Shown piece after piece: positions 41,618 to 63,740 of a stretch of DNA of 64,000 nucleotides (positions within the stretch are counted from its first letter, which is position 1; the number at the start of each line of letters is the position of its first letter). Below the pieces are notes generated by a model. The model saw nothing but the letters and a program-made list of their open reading frames with translations, made no database searches and was not told where the DNA came from. Source of the stretch: Eledone cirrhosa (Eukaryota); assembly GCA_964016885.1 (NCBI GenBank), contig OZ024752.1, positions 19,034,001 through 19,098,000 of the forward strand, written 5' to 3'. A program made the position numbers and the translations under genes.

Positions 41618-41780
41618 ACGTACATACATATATGTATACAGACGTACAGTAGCACGCACATATATATACATATATATATATACATATATACACATATGCA
41701 TACAGGTACACATACATATTACATTTAAGTAAGTGCCATACTAAGAGTTAGAAATGAAATTTCGTTTTCATTTTTTTCAA

Positions 41781-41864
<84 letters not shown>

Positions 41865-42561
41865 AACCCTTATACATCAATTTTACCTCTGTTGCTTCAC
41901 TCTGAAATTTATTTTTGAAAACTGCCTTATAAATTTGTTTACACTTTTGTCTTTTTGTCAATAACTGAGTTTCACCACCACCTCCATCAGCAAATGCTTA
42001 TTTTTTATTAATGGTAATAGTAAATGACAAATACTATATAACACACTAGTTATTTTAAACTGTTAGTGTCAGACAAAATGCCTTGTGGTATTTGTTACGG
42101 TTCATATCCCACTCAGATTCTAATTTAGCCCTAATTTAATCTATTATTATAAGAATGATATTTAGGCAGAATCGATAGAGCGTCAAACAACATGCTTCAT
42201 GGCATAGTTACACAGTAAAGTACTGGGGTTGATTTAATCGACTTTCCCGCCCCCTAAATTGTTGACCTTGTGCCAAAAGTAGAAGCAATTATTATATAAT
42301 GTGAAATAATATTTGAATTATTGTTAGTCCATGATCTGTTGAATGAAGTTTGCTATTTTCTGTCAGTTTAACAACACTAATCAATTTTATTCAGTATATT
42401 ATTTTATTTTATTTTAGAACCTCTTGTAATCTTTTATTGATTACAGCAGAAGTATTTGATACCTATAGCTGAACAGTGTACACACACACAGACACACACA
42501 CACACCTTCCTTCTTCTTCTCACTCTCTGTCTTTCCATTTCATCTTTTATTTCTCATTCTA

Positions 42562-42597
42562 TCTTCTGATGAGGGACTAGTGTCTGAAATGTAAAGA
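42562..42597 (+). ncRNA. Very minimal hammerhead motif
   Basis: TCTT-CTGATGA-G-GGAC-TAGT-GTCT-GAAA-TG-TA-AAGA. Confidence 0.55.
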
Positions 42598-43429
42598 CAC
42601 TTTCCCTACTATATCAAGTGTTAAACTAATATATTTCTTCCTTGTACTGTGTTGTTTACCTTTCACACACTCACATGCACCCCCCCCCCCCCCCCCCACA
42701 TACACACACACACATATGTACATACAGTCTTAGTAGATAGAAAAATGATGAGTTTTTTCTCCATCTGGTGTAATCTCACAAACCAAAACCGGAGAGAGAG
42801 GTAGTAAGGTGTTGGGCTGTTTCACTATTTTATCACATGTTTTCTTTAAATTTCCTGTATTAACTGTATGTTTGCTATTTGTCTAACACTGTATAGTGAC
42901 TGTTCTAGCTTTGACCATATTTCATATCTACAACTTTGTATGATCCATATTTTTATATTGAAAAGCTGAATCGAAATTTTATTCTGAAGCCACACTTAGT
43001 GAATTTATTTCAAAATATAGATTAATTGCTAGAAATACTACAAAAACAGGAGTGAGACCTTCTGGTTCTTATATTACCTTCTACATCTTTAATCAGTGAA
43101 ATATTGATCGTGTTTAGCTAATGATTATAAGGGTGCAGGTTTTGATTCAGCTAGCAGAAATAAGTTTTACCTGTAATTTAAAGGGCCAGTCTTGTCACAC
43201 ACTGCGTCACATTGAATCTCCCTGAGAACTACATTAAGGATACACGTGTCTGTGGAATGCTCAGCCACTTACTTGTACATTAATTTCCCAAACAGGTTGT
43301 TCTGTTGCTCAGGTGTTTGACCTGGTGCATATGTTTCACGGGCACACACTCAGGGTTTATCATCTTTATTAAGATAAGCTTTTGACTCCTTAAAAGTTAC
43401 TGGAACACTCATGGTTGGAATTGACAGAT

Positions 43430-43462
<33 letters not shown>

Positions 43463-45382
43463 CAAACAATCAATTAACTATTGGATGTTTATTGAAGCTC
43501 TCCAGAATCAGAAATACAGCACAAGGACCAACTCAAGTGCTGGATATGTGGGGAGGGTGGTTGCTAGATTAGAGCTGATGGGGATTGGTTTGTTATGGTA
43601 TGGCCCTCTAACTCCTCATAGAGACATTCGTAGTGGCATACAGCGTTTGTTGGCTATTTCAAGCCTGGTGAAGCCCATCTCCTCTCAACATATCCTTCCA
43701 GAGAAGGATAGAAAGAGAGTGAGAGATATAGAGAAAGAATCGACCCCAGTACTACACTGGTATTGTTTTTATCAACCTCAAATGGATGAAAGGCAAAGTT
43801 GAGCTCAGCAGGATTCAAACTCAGATAACTGGAAGCAATAGCGCAAAATATTCTATCTGATGTTCTAATGACTCTGCCTTGACTGCCGCCTTGACTGGGA
43901 TTACCAAACATGAACTCCCACCCAATAATTGGTAGGATAAAAGACTGTCAGAACCTCAAAATACATTTTTTTTATGGTGGGAGGGGGACAGTTCAGTTGA
44001 CTGAGACCCACCGCCAAGTCAATTGAGTGAGACCCACAACCAAGTAATGTCAGTGATATACAAGATATGTGAATTGGACATTAAAATACTACAAAGAATC
44101 TGACCAGTGCTACTACCCAGTGTTTCAATGCATGTTCATAATTGATTGCTGACCAAATATTATCATCTCTGCTTATTAAGGCAAGTCTTTTCATCTAATT
44201 TTCTCACTCATTCTCTTTACTGTTCTATGCTAATATATGTGTGCATGTATATGTATGTATTATGCATGTATGTCTGTATGTATTTTTGTATATGCATATA
44301 TGTATGCGTGTATATATGCATATGTTTGTGTGTGTATGTATATGTATGTATTTGTGTATGTATGTATTTGTGTGTATGTATATATATGTGTTTCTATTAG
44401 TGTGTGTATGTGTATGTATTTTCGTGTGTATGTATTTTTGTGTGTATTTGTGTGTGTATATATATGTATGTATATATTTGTGTGTATGCATGTGTGTGTA
44501 TGTATGTATATATATGTATGTATGTGTATAATGTATATGTACATGCTTGGTTGACTACAAATGTTTTGTATATGTTTCAATGTTGTTTAATGTACATTTT
44601 ACATGATAGCATGGCTTGAATTCTTTAAAATGTCTCTACATTTTGATTGAAGTAACTGTGTGTGTGATTGTGTATGTGTTTGTGTGTGTGTGTGTGTGTT
44701 TCTGTGAGTCTGTACGTGTTTGTGATTGTGTGTGTGTTTACAGTTGAATGTTTTTCCAGTTGCTAACCACTCAAGGGACAATGGAGCCTGGTAATAGGCA
44801 GACTGTGATTTGACAAGATTCCAGGCCTCACTTACAGATTGGGGTGGAACTTGTCTGATCGGACCAAGGAAACAATGTTTCCATTGATCTTTCCAATTGC
44901 TGATACTATTTACTGGTCACAACTCCTGGAAAAAGAAGCTGTGTGAAATAAAGTGTCTTGCTCAAGGACATAATGCATCACCCGACCCAAGAATCGAACT
45001 CGCAACCTCACATTTGTGAATCCGTTTCTCTAACCACTAAGCCACACAGGCTTATATGCAATAATCAGTGGCATGACACATTGGCCAAATATGAACACAG
45101 ACACGACACTGTTGTTAAGGTGTTTGTTTTGCAATCACATTGTTCTGGAGTTAGTCCCACTGTGTGGCATTTGGACAAGTGTCTTCTATTATAGCCTTGG
45201 GTTGACCAATTCCTTGTGATTGAAATTTCCTAGATGGAAACTGCAGATGCCAATCGTGTGTGTGTGCATGCGTTCGTTTATGTCCTGCAATTTGGCATTT
45301 TGACACAAATGTGATCTGTAAAATAAAGTACCAGTCTTGAAAAATAAAAACTAAATTTATTTAAGGTGCTGGATGCTCCAGC

Positions 45383-45469
<87 letters not shown>

Positions 45470-45617
45470 TCAATGCGTAGGTGTGAAAAAGGAAAAAGAG
45501 AAACAGTGCTTAATCAGGGATGAGAGCTGATGTATTATTTATTTATATTGATACATGAGACAAAAGTGCTACCTAGGGTAGTGTTTTTGTTCTGTGTATG
45601 AACATAGATAAATATAT

Positions 45618-46800
45618 ATCATCATCATCATTTAACGTCTATCTTCCACGCTAGCATGGGTTTAGACAGGAATTGTCCCACATGAGGCAAGATTAGTTGT
45701 CTTGCTCGTATAGGACTGTTTGGCGGGTTTTCTACGGCTGGATGCCCTTCCTAACACCAACCACGTTTACAGTGTGGACTGGGAGGTTTTTACCGTGTTG
45801 CCTACACGGCCACATTACAGCGCGGACTGTGTGTTTTTTTTGTCGTGACACCTACACGACCTCATTTGTTTAAGACTGGATGTTGTGGTACCAACATAAC
45901 TTTAGGTGTAGATGGGGGTGGGGGTAAGGGTAGTGGGACGGGGGTGTATTTTTGGTTAAGAGGTGCCTACTGACTGTAGGTTTCACTTTGTACTTAGGCA
46001 AGGCGGGTCTTCTGTATTAGTGCGTAGCACCAAAGATCTCGGTCCAGTGACATTGTCTTAGAGAGGTGCAAGTGTGTAAGGTCGGAATTTATCAAGTCGT
46101 CCCAGGTTTTTCTGGGTCTACCTACTCCGTGGCTACCGTCTATTTTGATCGCCCTGCACTTTTTTATATAGCTGTCGTCTTTCATGCGCATCACGTGACC
46201 ATACCAACGTAGTCTTCTCTCTCGAGTAAACAGCATCTGATCCCTCTTATTCCTAATTTCTCACTTAGTTCATTTATGCTTTGCCGTTCACATATATTAC
46301 TATTACACATCCAACGGAGCATACAAGCTTCGTTCCTCTCCAGTCTGCGCAGATCCTCTGCACACAATGCCCAGGTCTCACTGCCATGTAACATAGCTGT
46401 TCGTATGCAGGCATCATACAGTCTGCTTTCATTTTTAGGGAGAAACCTTTAGTGGCCAATAGTGGTATAAGCTCTCTGAACTTTTTCCATCCCGTTCTGA
46501 CTCTAGCTACGTACTTTCAAAGCACCCTCCACCACTGCTGATTTTGTCACCCAGGTAACGGAAGGTGTCCACTATTTCTATAGAACCATCTGGGCAATGG
46601 AAGGAGCTAGTATCCTGTGGGCACTTGCTGCTACTTATTGCACCTGAGCACCGGCCACATATAAAATCTATGTTCTTGGTTAGTTTACCTGTGATCCCAC
46701 TACATCTTTTATGCACCCATACTTTGCATTTGGGACATAAAATGGAGTTTCTGCCTACTCCTTTCCTACACACTGAGCATGGCCATTTCCCAAAGATTTT
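45618..46800 (-). mobile_element. RTE LINE 3' portion (PHD-like zinc finger, post-RT region, 3' UTR), frameshifted
   Basis: CxxC..WVHKRC motif, FRYLGD, LHGSETW, RLRWYGHVMR, GRPRKTW; (GAT)n tail on the element strand. Confidence 0.88.
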
Positions 46801-46804
46801 TGGT

Positions 46805-46968
46805 ACCCTTGAAATATATATAATAGAATAAATATGGTTTTATAAATATAGTTTCCCTTTATTTAATATCAGTGAATATTATACTCCAGAAAACTTGTCG
46901 AGTGCTCTGAATCAGTTATAAACATTTATAGTTGTTGAATTACCAACAAATTGAATATCCCTTTTGCT
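46805..46968 (+). mobile_element. 5'-truncated copy of the 11.0 kb hammerhead element
   Basis: GAAATATATATAA..AATAAATATGGTTTTATAAATATAGTTTCC..TTGTCGAGTGCT matches 11302-11450; followed by a TA tract. Confidence 0.72.
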
Positions 46969-47074
46969 TATATATATATATATAATATGTTAGTGTTATA
47001 TATATATATAGTATATTAGTGTTATATATATAGTGTGTGTTAGTGTATGTATATATACTGTGTTAGTGTGAGTG

Positions 47075-47112
<38 letters not shown>

Positions 47113-47114
47113 TA

Positions 47115-47167
<53 letters not shown>

Positions 47168-49098
47168 TAGTGTATATATATATATATATAGTGTATATAT
47201 ATATATAGTGTGTGTGTATGTGTATGTATATTACTATTGACTCTATTGGATCTTTGAACATTGTTTTATTTACCACAAAGTCTCTCCATATTAACTGCAT
47301 GAATCTTTTCTCTTGTGATTGTTATCTTCACAAATATTCAACATCCCCCATTCCCAATACATTACCACTTCTGGGGTACCAGCCCACCCAGTCCTTGGAT
47401 CTATGGAACAGAACCTTCCATTTGAAAAAAACACATTGCCCCTGATGTTTTAATAATCAAAAATTTAGAGGGATTTAATAATATAACTAACTTTTATATT
47501 ATTAATCTGGTGTTTGGGACATAACTTAAGAAAGGTTCTGACATGAAATCATGATTGTAGGTTTTTAGATAAATATAAACACTTTAAAGTAAATAGCTTT
47601 GTGCTGCAGACTCAGGTAGTTTTCAGGGTGGATGGGATCAAAAAGATAAAACCTTCCAACATAATTTGACATAAGAACTTTTGTTAAATTTTGTTTATAA
47701 ATATCTTAATAGAATAATTAATAATCTTAGTAAATCTCTTCAAATTCTTAATTAATTCAAATACAGTGTATTTCATTAGAAATATGTCCACAAAAGGGGT
47801 AATGCAAGAACATTTAATTATCTTCCAGGGGTTTCTTTTATTTCTTGACAGAACATTTGACATTCTTTTAACAAGTTATCATGCTGTTAACATAATTACA
47901 TAACTATCTCGTCTGTCTCTTCCTATCTCTTTCTCTTTATTTAACTATCTCGTTTATCTCTTCCTAACTACACAACTATCTCGTCTATCTCCTCCTAACT
48001 ACACAACTATCTCGTCTGTCTCTTCCTAATTATGTAACTAATCCTTCTAAATTATATATCTAACTATATTCTATCTCCTTAGAATGATTTATTCAATAAC
48101 CTCATAACAAAAATTAGCTTTTTCACTGTTTATTTAATATTCAATATTTGATATTTAATATTTTATGCAAATGAACCCTTTTCATCCCAGCCCAGCCTAA
48201 ACCAGCTCTGCTTCTATGAAACTAAAATAACCATTTAAAAATATTCCTGTTTAAGTTAAAATCTTTAAATATAATTTTATATAAAAACTATGTTAAATTA
48301 CTTAGTAACAAAATAATTAATATAATAGTGTTAATCTGTTCTTTCTGTAAGGATGAAAGGTAAAATATTGATTTTAATAATAATTTCTTTTTGGCCACAA
48401 GGACCCACATATAGGGGACAGTACAATAGATGGGATAGTGGGGTTTTATAGATGATTTCTGTATTGTTATTTCTTCATTGGCCCTAAGGGTCCAAGATAT
48501 TGGAATGGGATACAAAACAGCAGAGGGTTTACTTTGAACAATAAAAAGGAAAACAATAATTGCAGATAATAATAACATAACAAAGAAAATGTCCCTAATC
48601 GGTGGAGACAGTCACCTAGTGTTAATGAAGGAACCACACAGATTCAGAATTACTTTGTCAACCAAGAGTTAGTTCCCTTCCTTAGCTGTCATTCTCCTAT
48701 AGGCAGAATACGAGGATGAAAAAGAACACAAAGTGGGGTTTATTTTGAGTAATAGGGAGGAGAAAACAGTGGATATAATAATAATAAGGATAATAATTGT
48801 TTCTACCTTAAGCACAAGGCCAGCAATTTGGGGAGAGGGTAAAGTTTACCCCAGTGCATTACTGGTACTTTATTTTATTGACCCCGTAAGGATGAAGACA
48901 AAGATAACCTTGGCATGATTTGCACTCAGAATGTAAAGGGCCGTCACTCTATGCTGCAAAGCAGGGTTTCCAATGCTCTACTGATACTGCCAATCCAATT
49001 TCTGAATAAGTGTTCAATTAAATACTTTTTCCTGACTGTCGGCTTGTACACTAAAGAAAGAGCCCTCAATATGTAAACATAGAGGTAAATATATTATA

Positions 49099-49241
49099 TT
49101 ATATAAAATACATGGCAAACTGGCGTATACCTCACTAGGTACTCAGAGTTTCCGATTACTGATGAACGAAATATCAGCTTGTTTCAGGAAACTCTGAGTA
49201 TCCAGGAAGGTATACGTCAGTTTACCTTGTATTTTATATAA
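49099..49241 (+). mobile_element. Diverged fold-back element with a hammerhead-like core
   Basis: ~55-bp imperfect arms. CTGATGA at 49159-65 and GAAA-CTCTGAG-TA at 49188-200; stem I is not clearly formed. Confidence 0.55.
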
Positions 49242-49269
49242 CTATATATATACATATATGTGTGTGTGT

Positions 49270-49435
49270 AAGTCCTGGGTTCAATCGGGCGTAACCACAG
49301 TAAGTAAGGTACTCAATACATTAGTAGAGTGTCAACATCATGTTTAATATAGAAATGGCTTCTACAGGACTAGAACTGTTTCATTCAAAAGGAATCATCA
49401 GGAAATTTCCTGATGATTTCTGTATTAAACATGAT
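49270..49435 (-). mobile_element. Fold-back element with a hammerhead core
   Basis: Minus strand reads CTGATGA-TTC-CTTTT-GAA-T-GAAAC-AGTTCTA-GTC. A perfect 26-bp palindrome lies at 49393-49418. The tail contains CACTCTACTAATGTATTGAGTAC. Confidence 0.62.
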
Positions 49436-49464
49436 ATATATATATATACATATATCATTCATTT

Positions 49465-49800
49465 CATTTCATTTCATTTTACGTCCGCTTTTTCCATGCT
49501 TGCAAGGGTGGGACGGGAACTGATTCTGGCTTGGTTTCTACAGCTGGATGCCCTTCCTAACACCAACCTCATTTACAGTGAGTGCTGGGTGCTTTTTTGC
49601 CGTGGCGCCTACACGACCACTTTACAGTGGAATGATATGGACCCCAGTCCCTATCATCTCATTTCTACAGCTGAGTAAACTGGACCAATGTGAAATAAAG
49701 TGTCTTGCTCAAGGAAACAACACATCACCCGGTCTGAGAATTGAACTCACAACCTTTCGATTGCAAGGCCAATGTTCTAACCACTAAGCCATGTGCCTCC
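49465..49800 (-). mobile_element. tRNA-derived SINE with an RTE-like tail
   Basis: Reverse complement is near-identical to 13002-13335. Confidence 0.8.
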
Positions 49801-49818
49801 ATTAAGCCATGTGTCTCC

Positions 49819-50974
<1,156 letters not shown>

Positions 50975-51921
50975 AAACAGCAAGCAAACAGCCACAGGAA
51001 ACAAGTACCACCAATCTCTGGGAGGGCCCTGTAGAAACAGTAGACAGCTTCTGCTACCTAGGTGACCGAATTAGCAACGGAGGTGGGTGCTCAGAAAGTA
51101 CAATAACTAGGGTAAGAACGGGATGGAAGAAGTTTAGGGAACTACTACCACTGCTAGCTGCAAAAGGCTTCTCCCTCAGAATGAAAGGCAGACTGTATGA
51201 TGCGTGTATCCGAACAGCGATGTTGCATGGTAGTGAGACCTGGGCGCTGAAGGTGGAAGACTTACGTAGATTAGAGAGAAACGAAGCCTGCATGCTCCGA
51301 TGGATGTGTAACAGTAATATACGTGAACGACAAAGCATAAATGAATTGAGAGAGAGACTGAGCATAAGAGGAATCAAATGCTGCGTGCAGGAGAGGCGGT
51401 TACGCTGGTATGGACATGTGATGCGTATGAAGGATGACAGCTGCATAAAAAGGTGCAGAGCACTAGAAGTTGATGGAAACCGCGGAGTGGGGAGACCCAA
51501 GATGACTTGGGATGAGGTGATAAGAGCCGACCTTACCCAACTACACCTCTCAAAGTCAATGACACACGACCGTGACTTCTGGCGTCACGCAGTAATACAG
51601 GGTACCCGACCTCCCATGGGTACATGCTGAAGCATATAAACAATATGCCCCCCCCCCCCCCACCGCAAGGTGGTCGTGGAGGTGCCACGGCAAAAAAGCA
51701 CCCAGCCCACACTGTAAAGTGGACGTGTAGGCGCCACGAAAAAGCACCCAGCACTCACTGTAAATGAGGTTGGTGTTAGGAAGGGCATCCAGCTGTAGAA
51801 ATCAAGCCAGATCAGTTCCTGTATGAGCAAGGCATGGTCAGCCGACCAGACACTGCCCACAACAGGACAACCCGTCTAACCCATGCTAGCGTGGAAGAAC
51901 GGACGTAAAACGGTGATGATG
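50975..51921 (+). mobile_element. RTE LINE 3' portion
   Basis: FCYLGD, LHGSETW, RLRWYGHVMR and GRPKMTW, a stop at 51630, and a 3' UTR ending GGTGATGATGAT. Confidence 0.88.
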
Positions 51922-56122
<4,201 letters not shown>

Positions 56123-56312
56123 GAACCAGTAAGACCCCGACAGCTGAGCTCAAGCCGTTTCGACGGCTAATTCTGGACCAGAATTAGCCGTCGAAACGGC
56201 TTGAGCTCAGCTGTCGGGGTCTTACTGGTTCCTATTACCCACTCTACTACCTCAAGTATTGAGTACTTTGGTGCGTTATGGTCCACCTGGTTCCTTACCA
56301 CATTTCCTTCGT

Positions 56313-56315
<3 letters not shown>
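56123..56315 (+). mobile_element. Short fold-back element in (TA)n (family shared with 30000-30195)
   Basis: Perfect 54-bp inverted arms (56123-56176 and 56178-56231) plus a tail containing ACTCTACT..GTATTGAGTAC. Confidence 0.78.
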
Positions 56316-58206
<1,891 letters not shown>

Positions 58207-58833
58207 TTAAAGGGTTCTGTACTCTAGTATTATTTCTTTATAAAAAAACTTCAATGAAGATACATTTACATCAGACCTGCCAACCTCTAAAAACCCAAAC
58301 AGGGAGTACCCTGAATAAAAGGTGCCCCAAAATGGGGAGAGTTTACAGGTCTGTTTACTTGTAATAAAAAACATATCTGCACCTGTTATTGCACATGTCC
58401 TGCACATTCCTTCCCCTGTGCATTCTTTCTTTTCATTTAAATTCATGATCTTTAATCTTAGCTCTATAATTTTTAGAGACACTCTACAAACACTCTAAAC
58501 CACTGTGTGGAAACTATTTTTTAGACAACATGGCGGCCATTTTTTTTTTCTTTTTACAAGCATTTAATTTTTATTCTATTTTTTTAATATTATCACGTTC
58601 TACTTTTTTGCCTGGATGGAAACTGATGAATTTAATGTCAGCATTGTTTATAAAGTCTGATTCTGTTTCCCTTTTATTTCCAAGTTAATAAAAAACGAAA
58701 AAAGACAGCAATATATATATATATATATACATATGTATATATACACACAAATTGTCGAGCTTCCAAATACTTAAACTTATTTAAATTTGTATTTCTTATT
58801 CCACAATGCTTCAAGCAAACTACAGCACTGTGT

Positions 58834-58875
<42 letters not shown>

Positions 58876-59034
58876 CACACACACATATGAAACATGATGC
58901 TACTTCTTAAGGAACCATATCAAATACTGTTGGTACTGTTATGTATAAATGAAGCAGCAGCCAGGATCTTCTTGCTTAATAAAATATGCCAATCTCAGCA
59001 TATTTGTTTTGTTATTGTTTCAGCTCACCCTCAC

Positions 59035-59392
59035 ATGCATACTGCTATACACATATGCATGTACGCACACATATACATGCACACACATACACTCACACGC
59101 ACACACATGAACATGCATGTATTTGCAGATACATACGCATAATGCACACACACACTCGCATACACTCACACACACACACACATGAACATTCATGCATGTA
59201 TTTGCAGATACATACACATAATGCACACACACACTCACACATACATGCACACACACACATGCACATGCACACACACACGTGCACATGCACACACACACAT
59301 ACATACACACGCATGCATGCACAGAAACTTGCACACACACACATATTCACAGACACACACACATAATACACATAAACATGTGCACACACTCA
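59035..59392. repeat. Degenerate (CA)n/CATG low-complexity tract
   Basis: Directly visible. Confidence 0.9.
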
Positions 59393-60639
59393 TTCTAATG
59401 TAGATTAATATACATTAAACATTATACATATGGTTATTCTTCTTTTGATGTTGATACAAGATATCTGGGTGGGATTTATAGTCAAGTCTGAATCTGGGGT
59501 GGGTTTTATAGTCAAATGGGGTTGGTTTTATAGTCCAAGGGTTGGTTTTGCAGTCCAGTCAGGGTTGGTTTTGCAGTCTAATTTGGGTTAGTTTTGACTT
59601 TATTGAATGTAGATGAACCACTTTTAACATGGATTCTATGAGTGCAAAAATCACTTAACACAAATTGGAAATTTATCACCATTTCCTCTTGCACATATAC
59701 AATTATTCCATTTCTATGACTGAAATTTTTTGAAATGTTGACCATCCTGACAAAACAGTTACTGTACAAATACGGCTGGATCAGTTGATTTGCAGCTGAT
59801 GTAGTTGTGAGTTTATCAGAATATACTTCATGCTCCCAACCTCTGTTGTTTCTTACGTCAAAGAAAATATGAAAGTACTTCTGGTAGCAATAAAAAGGAA
59901 AGGAAAAAACCATTACATTAGAATAACTTGAAGTTATCAAACTACAGAATTGTGGCAAGCAGGGTGAACATTGAACACGACTTAGGCTACAATGAGTCAA
60001 TTTTATGAACAATCTTAAGCAAGAAAATTGAATATGAAGAACAAGTTAAATTTGCATCAGCTACTTTAAGCATGCAAATTAGCCATAACAGGGGTCAACC
60101 AATGATTGGAATGCTTCATATATAGGTTGAAGATAGTAACCAGAAGACAATTGCAATTGGTATAAAAAATATACAAACTAAAGCTCTGTTTGTTTTGGGG
60201 GCTTAAAGAAGACAAATTCCATGGAGTTATTACTGAAACACTTTTTACTAGTTTTATTTGGTTTAACAATCATCATCATCAGCAGCATCATAGTCTGCTT
60301 CTCCATATTTTCCTGGTTTGGACAGGTCTTCTTCAGCGCAGCATCCTTTTTCATCTTTGTGAAATTCAATGATTTGATGTCAGATCTCAGCATTTCTGCC
60401 AGGTTTTTTTAAATCTTCATCTAAATCCTTCTTTCACTGGGATCTCTTAGCAACACTTCACCCAACAATCAACTTTCATACAAATATTTAAAAATAAAAA
60501 AAAGAACCGAACTGAACTACATAACATAAAAACTTCAGCAAAAACTACTTGTGCTGATAAAATGGCTGCCCAAAAAATTTCCAGAAATTAAAACAAGAAA
60601 AATTGTTGAGGAAGGTAATAACAGTGATTGTCAAGTACG

Positions 60640-61200
60640 TAATGCTGGTAAAATGGGCTGTTTTCGAAAAAGAAAGGCTAACTAACATTTTTCTGGATAA
60701 AAATGTTTTTATCAGGATAAAAAGTTACCAAAGTTTGACTTAATCTTTTATTAAGAGGCAACATAGAAGAGGATTTTAAACTGAAGCCTATGCTAGTGTA
60801 CTGTGTTTTAACAGACACTAGTATTTATCAGTTACTTGGCATGCTAATAAAAGAGTTTGGATAATCAAAGACCTTTTTGAAGAGTGGTGTATTTCAAGAA
60901 TAATAACCTTACTTTGAAAACACTCTTGGTCTTTGACAGTGTTGCAAGTCATCCTATACAGAGTGTACTCGGTTCATTTTATCTTACTGCTATGGCAAAT
61001 TTGACTGAAAATCTCAGCATAGGGTTTATATCACTGAATAAAACATCATTATTGCAACTAATGGATCAAGGAAATATTACAAGATTTACAAACTATTATT
61101 TTCATGGGACCTTTGATTAAGCAACATCATGAGAAAATACAACTTTCTCTGTAAATTTCTGGAAAAAAAAATTGATGTAAAGTAGGCCATTGGGCAGTTG
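60640..61200 (+). pseudogene. Decayed Tigger/pogo DDE transposase fragment
   Basis: KLKPMLVY, WHANKRVW, LLVFDSVASHP and TSLLQLMDQGNITRFTNYY resemble the DDE_1 motifs LLxxDNxxxH and TSxxQPxDQGxIxxFKxxY; frameshifted. Confidence 0.75.
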
Positions 61201-61369
61201 TGAGCTGTTTGGACACATGAAGCACAGTCAAATATGAAGATCTTCATTAATTCAACAAGCAGTGTGCATTGAAAGGGGAGGAAGATTAAGATGGGGATAA
61301 ACCAGCAAAAAAGGTTTTCCCATTAAAGAAACTGAAGACGGATTGAAAATTTGAATCTACTGAAGAAAT

Positions 61370-61800
61370 GTGGAGGTGTGGTATGCAACTGGATACATTG
61401 AGATCATTAAGCATGGTTTGGATGCCATTGGCTTCTCTTTGCAGCTTGAGCCAGTAGGGTTGATCGAAGGGGATGGCAAAAGGCCAGATAACATCACAAT
61501 CTTCTTGTTCTGTGGTAGTAAACATCTCAAGAATGCAACATATAGCAACACTTTCTCCAGTGGCAACCTGGTTCATTTAGCATTAGACCTAGGTTCTATT
61601 GTTTGACAAGCTCAATATCAACTGCTTTTCAATAGGTTTGTCATTGAACCTATAGTGGTAGAGACTTCTGGTGTTCTTGGTCCCCACTGCAAACCTCCCT
61701 ATTCACTGCTATCAGGGCAGTGTTAACCCCCTGCAGAGATTAACCCTGTCAATTGGAGTGGTTATTTCAATACTTCTCCTTTGCTATCCTCTGGGGTGAT
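61370..61800 (+). pseudogene. Restriction-like endonuclease (RLE) C-terminal fragment of a CRE-like non-LTR retrotransposon
   Basis: LEPVGLIEGDGKRPDNIT followed by FVIEPIVVETSGVLGP, matching the EPxGL..DGKRPD...PxxxETxGxxG pattern. Confidence 0.68.
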
Positions 61801-62704
61801 ACTTTCTCCGTTCTGTTTGCAAATTTGGGGGCAAAAATAGGTGTTAGGGTAATTTTTACATGAGATTTAATATTTACACAAGTATATATCTCATTGTAAA
61901 ATAATACCTTGATTTACAAAACTAGGGGCTAATTTGGGGACAAAAAATAATTTGGTTTGATTTTTACATCAACATTTATGCAAGCATATATAGTCATTTT
62001 ATTAACTTTCGCAGTTTGGTATATATCAATGTTTTAATGGATGATTAGAAGAGTTATGAACACATTCTAATTATTCTCATTGATTCTAGTATCACAAAAC
62101 ACAGTTATTTTTTATATAAGATTTACCTGGGATTTTGTGATTTTTAAAAATATATTTTATCTTATATCTTTCTCGTTTAAACTAGTAGTTCAATTCCCAA
62201 CTCTGTATCTCCTAAATATACAAATACAACAAAAATTTAACTGTTTTGATACCAAACTACATGAAAATATTCTTGGTTCTATGATACAAAATTGTTTTAA
62301 GATATATTTATCTAAAAACATGATTACGTAGGAATTTTATTAAGTTCCAAACACCAAACAAATAATTTAGGCACAAGGCCAACAATTTTTGGGGAAGGAA
62401 AAAAAACGATTAAATCGACTCCAGTGTGTTACTGGTACTTTATTTTATGGACCTTGTAAGGATGAAAGGCAAAGTTAACCTTGGTGGGATTTGAACTCAG
62501 AACATAATAGTTCACCTTTAGCAGCTGAATTTAACAATAACAAAATACATGTCACAGTGAGAAGGGTCTATATTATAATAATTGTACACCACTTTTAGTC
62601 CGTCTGTCATACAAATTCTACAATCTGACAAAACTTCTAAAATTTAGATTTAGATTTCATGGAACACCATTAAAAGTCACACACACACGCGTGTGTGTGT
62701 GTGA

Positions 62705-63000
62705 AGGCTTAGAGTTATGGTGTTTGGCTCACAATCGTAAGATCGTGAGTTCCATTGCCAGTGGTGCATTGTATCCTTAAGCAAGACACTTTATTTCACG
62801 TTACTCCAGTCCACTCAGCTTGGAAAAATGAGTTGTACCTGTAATTCAAGAGGTCACTTTTGTTCCATACCATGTCACACTGAATCGTCCTTTGAACTAC
62901 AATAAGGGTGCATATTAATGTGGAATGCTCAGCCACTTGTATGTTAATTTCACAAACAGGCTGTTCCATTGTTGGAACAATTGGAACACTAGTCGGAATC
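62705..63000 (+). mobile_element. tRNA-derived SINE
   Basis: Degenerate A/B boxes plus the AGCAAGACACTTTATTTCAC core. The 3' part is shared with 43165-43300. Confidence 0.65.
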
Positions 63001-63705
63001 AACAGAGGTGTCCATCTATATATATGTATATATAGTTATTTATTGATTTGAAACCAGTATATATATATTGTTATACTTTGGGAGGGTCATGCTGCCAATA
63101 AAAACACACGCACACCTGTTAGTTTTATTGGCAGCATGACCCTCCCAAAGTATAACAATATCTGTTTCAACACACGTTTTCAGATAAGAAATCTACAAAT
63201 TAAGAAACGAAGTATATATATATGTAAACAAACATTCGTCTCATTCTGACATCACCAGCCCTGTCTCCACTTGTGTGTTTTATTTTCATAATTACGCATG
63301 ATGTTGAACCAGCCTGCTTTTAAATTCCCTTTTTGGCATATTATAATCAGTGAGATTTTGGTTATCGTGTTGAGCTCTGCTGATGATCGAATCCAACCGT
63401 GACCATCCCCACTGAAAGTTTTGTGAAATAGTCTTTTCAAGACTATACAGAGCATTTATAGTTTTTCCAAATTGAAGGATGAGTATTTTAAACTTTATTT
63501 TATCAGGAGTTAAGGCTCTATTGATTTTTCCCTGGATTTCACTAAATTCTCTGTTGGATGAATCTATATCCTGATTCTTTTTGAATTGAGTTTGAATTAT
63601 TTTTCTCACATCTTACGTTAACTATTTTCCCATGTTGACGCTATAGTCACTTATATATTATGAAATACTGTGTGCTTCTTGCTCATAATAATTTCTATAC
63701 TTTTC

Positions 63706-63740
<35 letters not shown>

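Noticed and set aside
59578-60012. 144-aa minus-strand ORF, possibly a Mutator-like transposase remnant
   Set aside because: Only a vague RxNNxxE-like resemblance; not supportable without a database search.
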